Assembly: GCF_965261555.1 (NCBI RefSeq)
Contig: NZ_OZ253465.1
Coordinates: forward strand, 2,547,977-2,611,976
Origin: Candidatus Palauibacter sp.
Lineage (GTDB): Bacteria; Gemmatimonadota; Gemmatimonadetes; Palauibacterales; Palauibacteraceae
Length of the DNA stretch: 64,000 nt
Direction: 5' to 3'
Shown: in pieces, positions 19,137-31,033 of the stretch
Layout of the letters: each line of letters starts with the position of its first letter
Numbering within the stretch: the first letter of the stretch is position 1
Program-made: the position numbers and the translations under genes
Notes under the pieces: generated by a model
The model's database searches: none
The model's input: only the letters and a program-made list of their open reading frames with translations
Told to the model about the DNA's origin: nothing

Positions 19137-20851
19137 ATGAACCGAACTGCACTCGCGCGCCGGCTGGCGGGCGGGGTAGTCCCGGGGCTGCTCCTCGCAT
19201 CGCTGTCCGGCCTCGCCTCTCCGGCGTCTGCCGCCGCGCAGTACATGCCGAGCCAGAGCCCGGTGCCTCCCCCGTTCTTCGCGCTCCAGAACGCGCGCAT
19301 CGTGACCGGCACGGGCGCCGTCATCGAGGACGGCACCGTCGTCATCGCCAACGGCCTCATCGAAGCCGTAGGGGCCGACGTCGACATCCCCGGTGAGGCG
19401 TGGCTGATCGACGCCAGCGGCCTCACCGTCTATCCCGGCCTCTTCGACGGCCTGTCGCAGGTCGCACTGGGGACACCGGGAGGGGACGGGCCCGCCGGTG
19501 CCGGCGCCGGAGGCAACCCCTTCCTCGCCCTCGCGCAGCAGGCGAACCAGCCGCGCACCGTGGGGCCGGAGGATCGCCCCGCGACGAACTCCTGGTTCAA
19601 CGCCGCGGACATGCTGGACGCCGACGCCGACGCGATCGAGACCTGGCGCAGCGGCGGGTTCACGAACGCGCTCGTGGCGCCCGATGACGGGATCGTGACG
19701 GGGCAGGGCGTCGTGGTGAACCTCGCGGGCAGCGAGCAGGAGATGGTCGTGAAGTCGCCTGCCGCGCTCCGCGTGACGATGAGCGGCGCCGGCGGATTCC
19801 GGAGTTACCCCGGCTCGCTGATGGGCGTGATCGCGTACATCCGGCAGCTCTATCTCGACGCGGACCACGCCGGGCAGTACGAGGCGCGCTATACGGCGAA
19901 CCCGGGCGGTCAGCCGCGTCCGACGTACGATCGCGCGCTCGGCCCGGTGCAGGATGCGATCGCGGGCGGCTGGCCCACGGTGATGCCGGCGAACGAGGTG
20001 CGGCAGATCCGGCGGGCGATCAAGCTCGGGCAGGACACCGGCGCGCGGCCGGTCCTGCAGGGTGCACACGAGGCGTACGGACTGGCCGACGAGATCGCGG
20101 CCGCGGGCGTTCCGGTGCTCGTCAACGTGGACTGGCCCGAGCGGAACCGCGATGCGGATCCGGAGGCCGAGGAGTCGCTCTCGTCGCTGAAGCGCCGCGC
20201 CTACGCGCCGACGACCCCGGCCCGGCTCGAGGAAGCCGGGGCCGAGTGGGCCTTCTACAGCGGCTCGGCGAACAACCCCCGCGCGATGATGGACAAGGTG
20301 CGGACGGCGATCGAGAACGGACTCTCGGAGGAGGCGGCGCTGGAGGCGCTCACTGCCGCGCCCGCCCGCATCTACGGCGTGGACGCGCTCCTCGGCTCCG
20401 TCGAGGTGGGGAAGATCGCGAACCTCGTCGTCACGGACGGCCCGCTGTTCGATGAGGGCACCGATGTTCGGATGGTGTTCGTCGACGGCCACAGGTTCGA
20501 GGAGGAGGCGCCCGAGCCGCGGCCGACGGAGCCCCCGGCGGTCGACATGAACGGCACCTGGCTTCTCTCCCTGAACAACGATTCGCAGGAGGCGACGGCC
20601 GAACTCGAGGTTTCCGAGGACGGCACGATCTCCGGCGTGATCCAGGGCGAGCGCGGCGAGCAGCAGATCACCGACGGCTGGGTGAGCGGCAACGAGTTCA
20701 GCATCACCGCCTCGGCCACGATGGGACCGGGCATGGAAGTCGAGATCGTCTATACCGGCACGGTCGAGGGCGACGCGATCGAGGGGAACGCCTCCTTCGG
20801 CGGCATGCGCAACATGGACTTCACGGGCACGAGGCCCGGAGGAGGTGTCCG

Positions 20852-20855
<4 letters not shown>
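19137..20855 (+). CDS. amidohydrolase-family protein (secreted) with C-terminal extra domain
   Basis: Signal peptide, then an amidohydrolase N-terminal pattern (IVTGTGAVIEDGTVVIANGLIEAVG...IDASGLTVYPGLFD). ATG 19137 verified. Confidence 0.75.
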
Positions 20856-22260
<1,405 letters not shown>

Positions 22261-22264
<4 letters not shown>

Positions 22265-23673
22265 CGCGCGGATCCGGTAACAACCTCGGGAACACCATGA
22301 ACGACAGGATCGGCACCATGCTGAAGTCGATAGTCGCGACGGCGGCCCTCCTCGGGACCGTCGGGTTCGCCCTGCCCGCACACGCCGCCGCACAGGACGG
22401 CGGGACGTTCGCGGTGCGGGGGGCCACGATCCACACGGTGGCCGACGGCGTCATCGAAGGCGGGACGATCGTGCTCAGAGACGGCCGCATCATCGCGGTC
22501 GGAACCGATGTGGATATCCCGGCGGACGCCGAGATCATCGACGGGGAAGGGAAGCACGTCTTTCCCGGCATGATCGATGCCTTCAGCTCGCTCGGGCTCA
22601 CGGAGATCGGGGCCGTGGCGGTGACGAACGACGCGAGCGAACTGGGGCGCTGGAACCCGCATCTCAACGCGCATACGGCGATCCACCCCGCCAGCGAGCA
22701 CATCCCGGTCGCGCGCGCGAACGGGATCACGCACTCGATGGTGGCGCCCGGCGGTGGCGGGCGCGGCTTCGGCGGCGGCGGAGGTTCCGGCATCCAGGGC
22801 CAGGCCACGCTCGTCCATCTCGATGGCTGGACGGTGGAGGAGATGGAGATCGAGAAGACCGCGGCCATGGTCCTCGGCTGGCCCACCCTCACGACGAGTT
22901 TCCGCGCCTTCGCCGGCTTTGGCCGCCCGGCCGGCGGCCGCTCCTTCCGCCAGGCGCAGGAGCGCTTCGACGAGCAGGTGGCGGAGATGGACGAGTGGTT
23001 CGTCGCCGCGCAGCACTACAGGCAGGCGGTGGCGTCCGGTTCGGAGCGCGTGCCGCGCAACATCCAGCTCGAGCACCTGTCGCGCGTCCTCGATCGGGGG
23101 ATGAAGGTCATCGTGCGGGCGAACGGCTGGCGCGAGATCGAGTCGGCGATCGAGTTCGCGGAGAAGTGGAATCTCGACCTCGTCATCGCGGGCGGAAACG
23201 GCGCGCGCGAGATCGCGGGGACGCTGGCCGAGAAGAACATCCCCGTGATCCTGGGACCGGTGCAGCGGGTGCCCCAGGGCGAGGACACCGCGTACGACGA
23301 CCCGAACACGCTGCCCGGCGTGCTGCACGACGCGGGCGTCGAGATCGCGTTCGCGACCTTCAACTCGTCCGATTCGCGGACGCTCCCCTACGAAGCCGCG
23401 AACTCCGTGTCGTGGGGGCTCACGAAGGAGGCGGCGCTGGAGGCGGTGACGCTGGCCCCGGCGCGCGTGCTCGGCGTGGACGACCGGCTGGGGTCGCTGG
23501 AGATCGGGAAGGTGGGGAACCTGATCGTGACCGACGGCGATCCGCTCGAGATCACTACGCAAATCGAGTGGGTGTTCATCAAGGGCGTGCCGTCGGACCT
23601 GGACAACAAGCACCGCAGCCTGTGGGAGAAGTACAACAACCGCCCCGCGCGGCGGGTGACGACGACGACCTGA
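22261..23673 (+). CDS. amidohydrolase-family protein (secreted)
   Basis: Paralog of the two preceding genes (VRGATIHTVADG...IIAVGTDVDIPADAEIIDGEGKHVFPGMIDA). Start overlaps the previous stop (ATGA). Confidence 0.8.
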
Positions 23674-23712
23674 CAGACGGAGTCCGGCCGCGGGCTTTTC
23701 GACCCGCGGCGG

Positions 23713-24063
23713 CTACTCGTCGGACTCGGGACGGCGCCGCTGCCTCTTCGTGAGGGAGCGGCGCCGTTTCTTGTCGAGCCGGGTTTCCCGGGAGGCCCGG
23801 GTGGGCTTCGTCGGGCGGCGGGGCCGCGGCTCGTGCTCCCGCTCCCTGAGGGCGGTCCGGAGCCGATCCAGCGCGCGGGCGCGGTTGCGGTGCTGGCTGC
23901 GGGACTCGCGGGCGGTCACGACGATGCCGGTGGGACGGTGCGTGAGCCGCACGGCCGACTCCGTCTTGTTCTGGTGCTGGCCGCCCGGACCGCCGGCCCG
24001 GAACGTCTCGACGGTACACTCGGCGAGCAGTTCTTCGTCGCTGCGTGACCCCGCGGCACTCAC
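23713..24063 (-). CDS. arfB: alternative ribosome-rescue factor ArfB (peptidyl-tRNA hydrolase, GGQ family)
   Basis: 116 aa with [18 protein letters not shown] (GGQ motif) and a basic C-terminal tail. Confidence 0.85.
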   Translation of the reverse strand: MSAAGSRSDEELLAECTVETFRAGGPGGQHQNKTESAVRLTHRPTGIVVTARESRSQHRNRARALDRLRTALREREHEPRPRRPTKPTRASRETRLDKKRRRSLTKRQRRRPESDE

Positions 24064-24147
24064 GGCTGCCTCCCTCGGATCGCCGGCCGGTTCCCGCCGG
24101 TCCGGAGCGCCGACACGAAAACCGTTCGATCAGCGTAACTTGTCCAC

Positions 24148-24693
24148 ATGAACGAGTCGACGCACGACGTCGAGACGACGGACCCGGAGGTCGGCGCCAT
24201 CGCCGATGGCGTGCGCCACGGACTGGACCCGCGGTCGATCCCGCTGCAGCGGGTGGTCGGCCGCATCGTCACGGCGTGCGTCTCCCTCCCGCTGGCGGCG
24301 GGCGTCGCGGTGGTTTGGGCCGCGGCCGTGCCGCCGCCGGGCGTCGTGACGTCGATCGTGAGCGGCTGGGCCGTCATCACCGGCGTGCTTGGCTGGTGGC
24401 TGCACCGTTGGGCGGCCCTCCATCACCGCTACGCCTCGTACACGGTCAACGCGGAGGACATCGAGATCCGAAGCGGCGTCGTGTGGCGGAAGGCGACCTG
24501 CGTCCCGCGCTCCCGCGTCCAGCACACCGACGTGTCGCAGGGGCCGCTCGAGCGTCGCTACGGCCTCGGCACGCTGGGCATCTACACCGCCGGAACCGAC
24601 TACGCCAAGGTCTCCCTCGACGGACTGGAGCACGAAACGGCGCTCCGCATCCGCGATCACCTCCTGCCGCCCGCGGGTGCCGATGCCGTCTGA
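24148..24693 (+). CDS. bacterial PH-domain membrane protein (YdbS-like, bPH_2)
   Basis: Two TM helices followed by a bPH_2 domain (YTVNAEDIEIRSGVVWRKATCVPRSRVQHTDVSQGPLERRYGLGTLGIYTAG). Confidence 0.7.
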   Translation: MNESTHDVETTDPEVGAIADGVRHGLDPRSIPLQRVVGRIVTACVSLPLAAGVAVVWAAAVPPPGVVTSIVSGWAVITGVLGWWLHRWAALHHRYASYTVNAEDIEIRSGVVWRKATCVPRSRVQHTDVSQGPLERRYGLGTLGIYTAGTDYAKVSLDGLEHETALRIRDHLLPPAGADAV

Positions 24694-26290
24694 GCCGGCG
24701 ACGCCCTCACGGGCGGTCGAGCACCGGCTCCATCCGCTCTCCATCGGCTTCTCGCTCGGAAGCCAGCTCCGTCGAGCGATCTTCCCCCTGATCGTCGGGG
24801 GCGCGTCGGCCAACTTCCTCGGCGTCGTGGAGATGCGTTCCGTTCTCCTCATCGGACTCATCCCGTTCGTCGTCGGGTCCGTCGTTCGCTACCTGACGTT
24901 CCGGTACCGGTACGAGGAGGCGGAACTCGTGATCCGGAGCGGACTCCTGTTTCGGCGCGAGAGGCACGTCCCCTACGCCCGGATCCAGAATCTCGACGCG
25001 GTGCAGGGCGTCTTCCATCGCGTGCTCGGCGTCGTGGAGGTCAAGCTCCAGACGGGCGGGGGACAGGAACCGGAGGCGACGCTGACGGTGCTGCCGCTGC
25101 CGGCCCTGGAGGCGTTGCGGCAGCGCGTCCGCGAGGGAAAGCGGGAGGCGGCCGAGGAGGGGACGGCGGCGGCGGAGGCGACGGCTGCGGACGCGGCGGC
25201 GACGGCCATGCCCGCCGAGCCGCCGGCGGACCCCGCCCTGGCCGGTTCGGAGGAGGGTCGCACGCTGCTGCATCTTCCCGCGCGCGAACTCCTGCTCCAC
25301 GGCCTGCTCCAGAACCGGGGCATGGTGCTGATCGCGGCCGCCTTCGGCCTTGCGTGGGAGTTGGGGCTCTTCGAGCGGGCGTCCGACTGGATCGCCGGGG
25401 AGCAGTCGTGGATCGGGCCCGCGGTCGAGGGCGCGGCTTCAGACGTGGTGGCGGCCGGCATCCTGGTGACCGTCGTCGCCATTACGGCGCTGGTCGTCGC
25501 CTTCGTGATCTTCGCGCGGATGCTCTCCGTCGCCTGGACGCTCGTCCGCCTCCACGACTACCGCGTCGTGCGGTCCGAGGAGGGGCTGCGCGCGACATTC
25601 GGCATGCTGACGCAGGTCGCCGCCACCATCCCGCTGCGCCGCGTTCAGACCGTGACGATCCACGAGGGACCGCTCCAGCGCTGGGCGGGCCGGGTCGCGG
25701 TCGGCGTGCAGACGGCCGGAGGAAGCCAGGCCGGACAGTCGGGGAACGCGGACCCCCACCGGCACCGACTCGCGCCGATCCTGCGGCGGGACCGTCTGCG
25801 CGAGTTCCTCCGGGAGGTGATCCCCGAGCTGGACGTCCCCGAGGTCGGCTGGGAGCCCGTGTCCCCGCTCGCGTTCCGGCGCGTCGTGAGGGGAACCTGC
25901 TTCCTCGCCACCCTCGCGTCGGTTCCGCTCTACTTCACCCTCGGCGCCTGGGGCGTGGCCTTCCACGCGGCCTTTCTGGCCTGGGCCGTGTTCTACGCGC
26001 GGCGCTACGTCGAGTGCCTCGGGTGGGCGCTGAAGGACGACATGGTCTGGTTCCGGAGCGGCTGGCTGTGGCGCCGCACGACGATCGCACGCTACACCCG
26101 CATCCAGGTCGTGGCGCTCCGGACGACGCCGATCGACCGCTGGCGGGGCATGGCCCGGCTTCTGGTGGACACGGCGGGCGCGGGGGCCGCCGCCCACAAG
26201 GTGGACATCCCCTACCTGCCCCTGGACACGGCTCGGGAACTGAGGACGCACCTCGCCGCCGAAGCCGCCCGCACCGCCTTCCGCTGGTAG
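24683..26290 (+). CDS. YdbT-like membrane protein with three bPH_2 repeats
   Basis: Repeated blocks (VRYLTFRYRYEEAELVIRSGLLFRRERHVPYARIQNLD...; ...ARYTRIQVVALRTTPIDRWRGMARLLVDTAG). ATG 24683 overlaps the YdbS stop; the listed ORF 24389..26290 has a 5' extension in frame. Confidence 0.7.
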   Translation: MPSEPATPSRAVEHRLHPLSIGFSLGSQLRRAIFPLIVGGASANFLGVVEMRSVLLIGLIPFVVGSVVRYLTFRYRYEEAELVIRSGLLFRRERHVPYARIQNLDAVQGVFHRVLGVVEVKLQTGGGQEPEATLTVLPLPALEALRQRVREGKREAAEEGTAAAEATAADAAATAMPAEPPADPALAGSEEGRTLLHLPARELLLHGLLQNRGMVLIAAAFGLAWELGLFERASDWIAGEQSWIGPAVEGAASDVVAAGILVTVVAITALVVAFVIFARMLSVAWTLVRLHDYRVVRSEEGLRATFGMLTQVAATIPLRRVQTVTIHEGPLQRWAGRVAVGVQTAGGSQAGQSGNADPHRHRLAPILRRDRLREFLREVIPELDVPEVGWEPVSPLAFRRVVRGTCFLATLASVPLYFTLGAWGVAFHAAFLAWAVFYARRYVECLGWALKDDMVWFRSGWLWRRTTIARYTRIQVVALRTTPIDRWRGMARLLVDTAGAGAAAHKVDIPYLPLDTARELRTHLAAEAARTAFRW

Positions 26291-26309
26291 AGGGCCGGCG
26301 CCGCCGCGG

Positions 26310-28535
26310 TCAGCGAGTGTCGTCGGTTTCCCGGAGCGCCTCCACGCGCCAGGAGAACTCCTCGTCGAGCTTCGACGTGTTGCCGCGCTTGACGAACTGC
26401 ACGTAGCCCTGCGGGTCCACGAACCAGGTCGTGGGCCAAGCCGCGACGCCGGCCCGCTGCACGTAGCCATCGTCCATGAGTACCTCGAAGTCGAACTCGT
26501 TGCGCGCAAGGTATTCGTCGACGATCTGGCGCGAGTTGTCGTTGCTGATCGACACCACGCGCACTTCGGGGTCGTCCCGGTAGCGGAGGTCGAACTTCTG
26601 GTATTCGGGCATCTCGACGATGCAGGGACCGCACCAGGTGCCCCAGAAGTGCACCACCGCGATCTTGCCGTCGAGGTCCGCCGAGTCGACCAGCGACCCA
26701 TCGATCCGCGCCAACCGGAACGGTTCGTACGTCCCCGCAGCCTCGACGCGTGACTCCAGGATCCGCTCGCGCCGGCGAATCTGATCGCGCTCGTCCAGCG
26801 TGTCGAGGTATTCTTCCATCCCCTCGCGACTACCGTAGCGGCGCTCATAGAGCGCTTCGATTGCGGCCTGACTGGGGTTCTCACCCACCTGCGTACTCCC
26901 GAGGCCAGCGATGTACGAGTCCTCCGCACGGTCCAGCCACTCGACCGCACGAACCTCATCTCCGTCGGCCTCCGCCTCGTCCGCGAAGCGTTCGTAGACC
27001 TGCCCGAGGTGGTATCGGGTTTCTCGATTGGCCTCCGTGAGCGCCAGCGCGCGTTCGAGCGCGTGACGCCCGTCCTCGACCCGGCCCGCCTTGAAGTAGC
27101 CCCACCCCATGGCGTCGTAGACGATGCTCAGGTAGTAGCGCAGGCTCTGCTCGCGCTCCCCTTCGGTCTTGAAGAGGGTCCCGAAGTTCTGGACTCGGTC
27201 GACGGCCGCCTCGAGACCTCGGTCCCTCGCGAACTCGGCCGCCTCGGAGGCATACGGGGTGGACTCGGCCATGGCGACCAGCGCGTCTCCGTACGTGATG
27301 TGGGGGTTCAGCTCGTCGTACCGGACAAGTCCACGAACGGCCGCCGCCAATTCCTCGGCGGGCGGCGGATCCATTTGACTGAGTGCGAAGTAGAGGCGCA
27401 GGTACGCGCTGGCCAACTGTCGATCCGAGTACCGCGGGCGTTCAAGGAAGCGGTTCACGGCGTCGCGCACGACCTCGAGTTGCGCCCGGAACTCGGGTGA
27501 GTCGCGGCCTTTCGCCTGGTAGAGACGGTTGAGTTCGCTGCTCTCGGCATTGTATTCCCGTGCGTAAATCAGCGACGCGTGGCGACTGAGGGGAGCGCGC
27601 TCGACGACCAGAGCCTCGAGTTCCTCGGCCCGATCCGTATCCCCCATATCCCTGTACATGCTTGCGACGGCTGAGAATCCGCGGATGGACTCGGGCCCCG
27701 CCTCCGTGAACTCGGCGATGCTGGCCTCGACGGCCGGAGGGCGCTCGTCGGCGGGGAGAACGTCCGATTCGAACAGGATCCACCAGTGCCACTGCCGGAC
27801 GTCGACCGATCCGGGCGCGAGCGCCACGGCCCGCTCGATCAGCGGCAGCGCCTCTTCCGGCCGGTTGGCGCGGAAGAGGTCTTCGGCCGCCCGGAGGTGT
27901 CCATTAACGTGATCCGGGAACCGCTCCCGCAGTTCCGCGTATGTGGCGAGGCTCGAGTCGGCCCATGCGGGGTCGCTCAGCTCGTACTGCGCCTGAGATT
28001 CCAGCTGGGCGCGCGCCATGAGGAGTTCCGGCGTCGCCCGGGTAGCCGAATCCAGCGCAGCAAGGAAGGAGCGGGCCCCCTCGACGCCGTCGAGGCGGAG
28101 CGATTGGAGATGGGCGGCCGCGAACTCGGGACGGGGCGACGTCTCCCACGCTCTCAGACTGGGCTCGAGCGCGAGGTCCCATTCGTTCTCCGCGAAGTAC
28201 GAAAGCGCCTGCGCATAGTGTCCCCACGGGTTGTCCGGGTCACCGGCAAGGATGGCGTCCGCCTGCTCGCGGGTTTCCTTGAACAACCACCAGGCCGCGA
28301 GTTGTTCCGCGTAGAGAGCCCGGAGTTCGGCGTCGTCGGGGGCGCGTGCGACCCATTCCTCGCCTAACAACCGGCCGGCCTCGAAGGTGCGGAGGCGCAC
28401 ATGATCCCGAAGTTCGGCCTTCGCCGCCTCAAGTTCCTCGGCCGTGTAGTCGGGCGGCGTGCCGCAGCTCGCGAGGGCAGCGCACGCGAGGAGGAGTCCG
28501 ACCCGTAGGACGGGGGGAGTGGAGCGAGACGGCAT
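26310..28535 (-). CDS. TPR-repeat protein fused to TlpA-like thiol-disulfide oxidoreductase (copy 1)
   Basis: Lipoprotein signal (LLLACAALASCG), long TPR-like region, C-terminal thioredoxin fold (VVHFWGTWCGPCIVEMPEYQKFD). Start ATG 28535 verified; the listed ORF extends falsely to 28913. Confidence 0.75.
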   Translation of the reverse strand: MPSRSTPPVLRVGLLLACAALASCGTPPDYTAEELEAAKAELRDHVRLRTFEAGRLLGEEWVARAPDDAELRALYAEQLAAWWLFKETREQADAILAGDPDNPWGHYAQALSYFAENEWDLALEPSLRAWETSPRPEFAAAHLQSLRLDGVEGARSFLAALDSATRATPELLMARAQLESQAQYELSDPAWADSSLATYAELRERFPDHVNGHLRAAEDLFRANRPEEALPLIERAVALAPGSVDVRQWHWWILFESDVLPADERPPAVEASIAEFTEAGPESIRGFSAVASMYRDMGDTDRAEELEALVVERAPLSRHASLIYAREYNAESSELNRLYQAKGRDSPEFRAQLEVVRDAVNRFLERPRYSDRQLASAYLRLYFALSQMDPPPAEELAAAVRGLVRYDELNPHITYGDALVAMAESTPYASEAAEFARDRGLEAAVDRVQNFGTLFKTEGEREQSLRYYLSIVYDAMGWGYFKAGRVEDGRHALERALALTEANRETRYHLGQVYERFADEAEADGDEVRAVEWLDRAEDSYIAGLGSTQVGENPSQAAIEALYERRYGSREGMEEYLDTLDERDQIRRRERILESRVEAAGTYEPFRLARIDGSLVDSADLDGKIAVVHFWGTWCGPCIVEMPEYQKFDLRYRDDPEVRVVSISNDNSRQIVDEYLARNEFDFEVLMDDGYVQRAGVAAWPTTWFVDPQGYVQFVKRGNTSKLDEEFSWRVEALRETDDTR

Positions 28536-28582
28536 GGTGTACCTCCCTGCGGCGTGCGTCCTCGTCGTTTGGCGCGTCCCGG

Positions 28583-30835
28583 TCACGGGCTGCTCGTCGT
28601 CTCTTCGCGGAGCGCCTCCACGCGCCAGGAGAACTCCTCGTCGAGCTTCAGGGCGGTGCCGATCTTGACGAACTGTACATAGCCCTCCCGGTCGACGAAC
28701 CACGTGGTCGGCCACGCGTTCACGCCGGCGCGCTCGACGTAGCCGTCGTCCACCAGCACGGCGAAGTCGAAGCTGTTCTTCCCGAGATACTCCTCGATCA
28801 CGTCGGTTGAGCGGTCGTTGCTGATCGAAATCACCGCCACTTCCGCGTCTTCCCGGTAGCGTTCGTCGAACTTCTGGTACTCGGGCATCTCGACGATGCA
28901 CGGTCCGCACCACGTCCCCCAGAAGTGGAGCACGGCGATCTTCCCCTCGAGGTCTGCGGAGTCGACCATCTCGCCGTCCAGCCGGGCGAGTTGGAACGGT
29001 TCGTAGGTCCCCGCAGCTTCGACCCGTGACTCGAGGATGCGGTCGCGGCGCCGGATCCGGTCCCGCTCGTCGAGCGTCGCGAGGTACTCCTCGATCCCTT
29101 CGCGGCTCCCGTTCCGGCTCTCATAGAGCGCTTCGAGCGCCGCCTCGTTGGGGTTCGTGCCCCGGCTGGCACCGAATCCCGCGATATAGGAGTCTTCTGC
29201 CTGGTCGAGCCACTCCGTCACGGCCTCGGCGTTGCCCCGTTCCTCGGCCTCGGTGGCCAGTTGCTCGTATACCTGTCCCAGGTGGTAGCGGACGTCACGG
29301 CTGTTCTCGGAGATCGCCAGCGCGCGTTCGAGGGTGTGACGTCCGTCCTCCGCGCGGCCGGCCTTGACGTAGGCCCAGCCGATCACGTCGTAGATCCCGC
29401 TCAGCGACGACCGGAGCGCCTGATCGAACTCGCCTTCGGTATCGAAGAAGTCGCGCGAATCCATGATTTGCTCCAGCATCGCCGGCACGCCCTCGCGCAC
29501 GATGTCGGCGGCCTCCAGGGCATACGGCGTGTTGTCGATCATGGCCAGCGGGGCCGACCCGAAGGTGATGCGCGGGTTGAGGGTCTCGTGTGCCGCGAGT
29601 CCCCGCACGGCGTCGGCGAAGTCCTCCACCGGAATCGGATCCATCGCGTTGAGGGCGAAATAGAGTGTGATGTAGGCGGTGCCCTTGTAGGTGTCGCTGT
29701 ACAGCGGCCGCTCCAGGTACTCGTACACGGCATCTCGCACGACTTCGAGCTGGGCCCGCACCTCGGGCGAGTCCGAGTCGTGCTCTTCCCGGAGTTCAGA
29801 GAGCTTGTCGTTGGCCCCCTGCAGCTCGGCGAGGTAGACCATCGAAGCGTAGTAACTCCCCGGGTCGCTCTCGACGATGCGCGCTTCGAGCTCGGCCGCC
29901 CGCTCTTCGTCCTCCATGTTCCGGTACATCGAAGCCATCGCATACCGGCCAGGCGGCGTCTCGGGGCTCGCCTCGCGGAACGCCGCCATGCTCGCTTCAA
30001 CGGCCGGTCGACGTTCCTCTCTCGGAAGCAGTTCCGACATCCAAAGACCCCGCCAGTGCTGGCTCCGCACCTCCGACGAACCCGGCGCCAGCTCGAGGGC
30101 GGATTCCATGAGCGGCGTCCACTCATCCATGCGCCGCGCCTGATACGCCTCGTTGGCCAACCTGGTGTAGCCCAGCACGTGGTCCGGGAACTGTTCCTTG
30201 AACTCGGCCCACGTCGCGCGGCTCGAGTCCGCCCATGTCGGATCCTGGCGCCGGTAGCGGGCCTGGGACTCCAACTCGGCCTGCATCCGGAGGACCTCCG
30301 GCCACCCGCGGGCTTCTTCGTCGAGCCCTTCGAGGAACTCCCACGCCACCTCGAAGTCGTCCCGGCTCAACACCCGGAGGTAGAGGGAGGCGAACTCGGG
30401 TTGGGGAGCTGCCTCCCACGCATCGCGCACCAACTCGATGGCGGGTGTCACTTCGTTGTCGACGTAGTGCGCGTAGCCCTTCGCGTAGAGGCCCCATGGA
30501 TTCCCGGGGTCGTTCGCGAGGATCGCAGCGGCCTGCTCGTGGACCTCCTTCGACAGCCGCCAGCCCACGAGCTGGTAGGCGTAGAGCCCACGGAGTTCCG
30601 CGTCGTCCGGGGCGCGGGCGACCCACTCCTCGCCGAACAGCTTGCCGGCCTCGAAGGTGCGCAGCCGCGCGTGGTCCCGGAGTTCGGCCTTCGCCGACTC
30701 GAGTTCCTCGGCGGTGTAGTCGGGTGGAGCGGCGCCGTCTCCACATGCTCCAAGCAGCGCGCCCGCGAACACCACCAGCGGAAGGAAGAGTCCGACCTTC
30801 AGGACGGAACGGCGGGAACGCGTCGACATCGGCAC
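28583..30835 (-). CDS. TPR-repeat protein fused to TlpA-like thiol-disulfide oxidoreductase (copy 2, tandem paralog)
   Basis: Same architecture and many identical blocks as copy 1 (YTAEELE.AKAELRDH.RLRTFEAG...; ...LHFWGTWCGPCIVEMPEYQKFD). Confidence 0.75.
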   Translation of the reverse strand: MPMSTRSRRSVLKVGLFLPLVVFAGALLGACGDGAAPPDYTAEELESAKAELRDHARLRTFEAGKLFGEEWVARAPDDAELRGLYAYQLVGWRLSKEVHEQAAAILANDPGNPWGLYAKGYAHYVDNEVTPAIELVRDAWEAAPQPEFASLYLRVLSRDDFEVAWEFLEGLDEEARGWPEVLRMQAELESQARYRRQDPTWADSSRATWAEFKEQFPDHVLGYTRLANEAYQARRMDEWTPLMESALELAPGSSEVRSQHWRGLWMSELLPREERRPAVEASMAAFREASPETPPGRYAMASMYRNMEDEERAAELEARIVESDPGSYYASMVYLAELQGANDKLSELREEHDSDSPEVRAQLEVVRDAVYEYLERPLYSDTYKGTAYITLYFALNAMDPIPVEDFADAVRGLAAHETLNPRITFGSAPLAMIDNTPYALEAADIVREGVPAMLEQIMDSRDFFDTEGEFDQALRSSLSGIYDVIGWAYVKAGRAEDGRHTLERALAISENSRDVRYHLGQVYEQLATEAEERGNAEAVTEWLDQAEDSYIAGFGASRGTNPNEAALEALYESRNGSREGIEEYLATLDERDRIRRRDRILESRVEAAGTYEPFQLARLDGEMVDSADLEGKIAVLHFWGTWCGPCIVEMPEYQKFDERYREDAEVAVISISNDRSTDVIEEYLGKNSFDFAVLVDDGYVERAGVNAWPTTWFVDREGYVQFVKIGTALKLDEEFSWRVEALREETTSSP

Positions 30836-31033
30836 ACCTCCGGGGGCAGGGACGTCCTGGGTCTGACGTTGCCAGGTCTGACGTGGCCAGACCCCTCAAA
30901 CTCTATCGACACCGAGACGAGTGAAAGGGTTCCCGCGCGCACGCGTGCACGGCAGCGTCAACGCACGGCCTCGCAGAGGAGACCGGCGTCACGCCGTTGA
31001 GGTCACGTTGAGCCCCCGGCGGATATCCGTCGT

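Noticed and set aside
24389-24682. 5' extension of the YdbT-like ORF
   Set aside because: In frame, but overlaps the YdbS-like gene. The conserved bPH_2 architecture and the ATG at 24683 overlapping the YdbS stop fit better.
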